Below are positions 62,332 through 64,000 of a DNA stretch of 64,000 nt, piece by piece. Source of the stretch: a virus; the IMG/VR virus record IMGVR_UViG_3300045996_002337, positions 239,971 to 303,970 of that record; one strand, written 5' to 3'. Both the position numbers and the translations under genes were made by a program. The stretch's first letter is position 1, and each line of letters begins with the position of its first letter. The notes beneath the pieces are model-generated. The model did no database searches and had not been told where the DNA came from. It saw only the letters and a list, made by a program, of their open reading frames with translations.

Positions 62332-64000
62332 TTAACTTACTCCGTGACCGAAGCTTGTGAGTCGCATTCGCGTTGCGTCTCCACCTACGTACATCGCGAG
62401 ACCTGGTGAACCACCGGTGAGAGGCGTTCCATCAGTATAATCAATAGCTGCTGTCGTGCTACCGTTTAGATAGACTCGAATCCGTCCGTTCAAGCTAGTG
62501 ATCTTAACCGTGTTTGGCCCAGTGAATGTCAAGCCGTGGGCCGTCGTGTCACTTACCTGTGCGCTTGCTCTGTAAAGCAAGATCGACGAAGAATTAAGGC
62601 GCACGTGGTATCCCTCACCTGCACCGCTCCGATGAATGTACAAGTATAAGGTTTCACCGTTAGCCGTGAACGTCGTACCACCAGCAAGCGTAGCTTGAGC
62701 TGCTTGGTTTGTGCCCGTCACTGAGCTTAGATATGGAGGATCGTTATGCTCAACATAGCCGTTGCCAGTTACCTGCAGCGCCGAGTTTGTTACCGCGTAG
62801 CGAGCGTCGCCACTCCAGTTTGAATCAATCTGCTCAAGTGTTGTGCCATTAGCTTGATTGAAGAGGATGGATGTGCCGATGGTCGGTTCAGTTCCATTTG
62901 GTTCCCCACCACCAGGTTCCCCACCACCAGGTTCCCCACCACCAGGTTCCTCTACTGGTGTGACTCCTGTTTCACCGAGCGCCCAAGATGGCAACGCAAT
63001 CATGTACGATGATTTATCTGAGCGACTGCCTCCTTGGGTCAGTGGCATGTCAGATGCAAACAACACACGCGTAAAGTCGTTGTTTACAGTGCCGTGCGGT
63101 TCAGAGAAGTAATCCTCCTCGTCGGGCCGAACCTCAGTGTACGTGTATGCAAGGCGCTTTGGCGTTTCTGGCGTAGGAGTAAGCTTAGCTGCCATGATAA
63201 CGCCATCTTTCCAAATCATTCCGGTGTTGTTTGGAAGATACCAATCTTTGGTGTAAGAACCAACTAAAACCCAGCCAGGGCGTTTAGTAGCAGTCCCACA
63301 CATGTGCCACGCATAATCAGTACCGCCATAACCAGAGAACATTGGATATGCAACGCCATTGTCGAGGCGACGGTAGAAGAGATATCCATCGGGAACATCA
63401 GGCATATTACCGTCATTATAGTTCACGGATACATACACCTCGTTACCTTCAGCATCAATTGCCGTATCGGCGTGCTCGCCGTAGTAGCTAAGCTGGGTGA
63501 AGTTGCCGGTGTCCTTGTCGTAAGCTCGCGTTCCATCTGTAGTGTTGATGCCTTGTGCAGCTGCTTGCGCCATGGTGTAGCCTGATGCATTTGACCAAGA
63601 CACGATGGCGTACTTGCCCTTAGGGCTCGTAGAAATGTTGTTTGGCTTATTGGTAGTTGGCCAGCTTCTAGCAATTGTGTTTGTTTGACGATCATACATG
63701 ATAAAGCCAATCATGTTGAACTGTTCATCTTGACACGCAAGAGCCCACCAACGACCATCGTCACTCGGCCGACCTTCACCCTGAAATGAAATTCGAGTTA
63801 CGTTGTTCCAACCAAGAGCCGCCATGTGAGACGTAAAATCAAATGCTATCGTGCGAACTTTTGTTGACACATTGAAATCGTAAAAAACTAACCCGCCATT
63901 GATATCGGTGCATGTGATGATGTTTGGATCTGTTGGATGCCACATCGGCTCACAGTCACCTGTTAGCTGCCATGTGTTGCTTGGAAGACCGAGCGCATTG
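62332..64000 (-). CDS. large structural-type protein with PGGGE repeats (partial; reading frame remains open to the window end)
   Basis: 537 aa or more. Triple EPGGG repeat. No stop between 63946 and 64000 in frame. Confidence 0.5.
   Translation of the reverse strand, partial: NALGLPSNTWQLTGDCEPMWHPTDPNIITCTDINGGLVFYDFNVSTKVRTIAFDFTSHMAALGWNNVTRISFQGEGRPSDDGRWWALACQDEQFNMIGFIMYDRQTNTIARSWPTTNKPNNISTSPKGKYAIVSWSNASGYTMAQAAAQGINTTDGTRAYDKDTGNFTQLSYYGEHADTAIDAEGNEVYVSVNYNDGNMPDVPDGYLFYRRLDNGVAYPMFSGYGGTDYAWHMCGTATKRPGWVLVGSYTKDWYLPNNTGMIWKDGVIMAAKLTPTPETPKRLAYTYTEVRPDEEDYFSEPHGTVNNDFTRVLFASDMPLTQGGSRSDKSSYMIALPSWALGETGVTPVEEPGGGEPGGGEPGGGEPNGTEPTIGTSILFNQANGTTLEQIDSNWSGDARYAVTNSALQVTGNGYVEHNDPPYLSSVTGTNQAAQATLAGGTTFTANGETLYLYIHRSGAGEGYHVRLNSSSILLYRASAQVSDTTAHGLTFTGPNTVKITSLNGRIRVYLNGSTTAAIDYTDGTPLTGGSPGLAMYVGGDATRMRLTSFGHGVS

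Overview
The window reads as part of a large virulent phage genome of the T4 type. Almost every gene is on the minus strand. A roughly 9 kb tRNA array (about 1.2-10.4 kb) holds more than 35 tRNA or tRNA-like genes, most with an encoded 3' CCA. Some are duplicated or degenerate, and three carry 30-45 nt insertions in the anticodon region. Three tandem sigma70-like promoters (TGTACA-N17-TATAAT on the minus strand) sit at 10.8-11.3 kb and point into the array. The same promoter motif recurs more than 10 times across the window. After the pyrimidine-dimer glycosylase gene come two more tRNAs with a CUA-type (amber-reading) anticodon loop. A circularly permuted two-piece tmRNA gene follows at about 19.3-19.7 kb, encoding the tag ANEANYRMAA. 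Recognisable protein genes cover several functions. Nucleotide metabolism includes NAMPT, NMNAT-Nudix, dCMP deaminase, a NADAR protein and a PurA homologue that could be a PurZ-type enzyme with an HD hydrolase nearby. Replication and repair genes are endonuclease V (DenV), a gp44-like clamp loader, an ATP-dependent DNA ligase, an Rnl5-like RNA ligase and a DnaE-like polymerase whose palm domain is split across two ORFs 5.3 kb apart. A complete ABC importer is present, along with an OmpA-like protein, a Lom/OmpX-like outer-membrane barrel, an L,D-transpeptidase, an SPFH protein and a PspA-like protein. Hsp20 and GroES-like chaperones, a GH16 glucanase and an HNH endonuclease are also encoded. 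Many ORFs are small hypotheticals. Coordinates for the degenerate tRNAs and the small ORFs are approximate.
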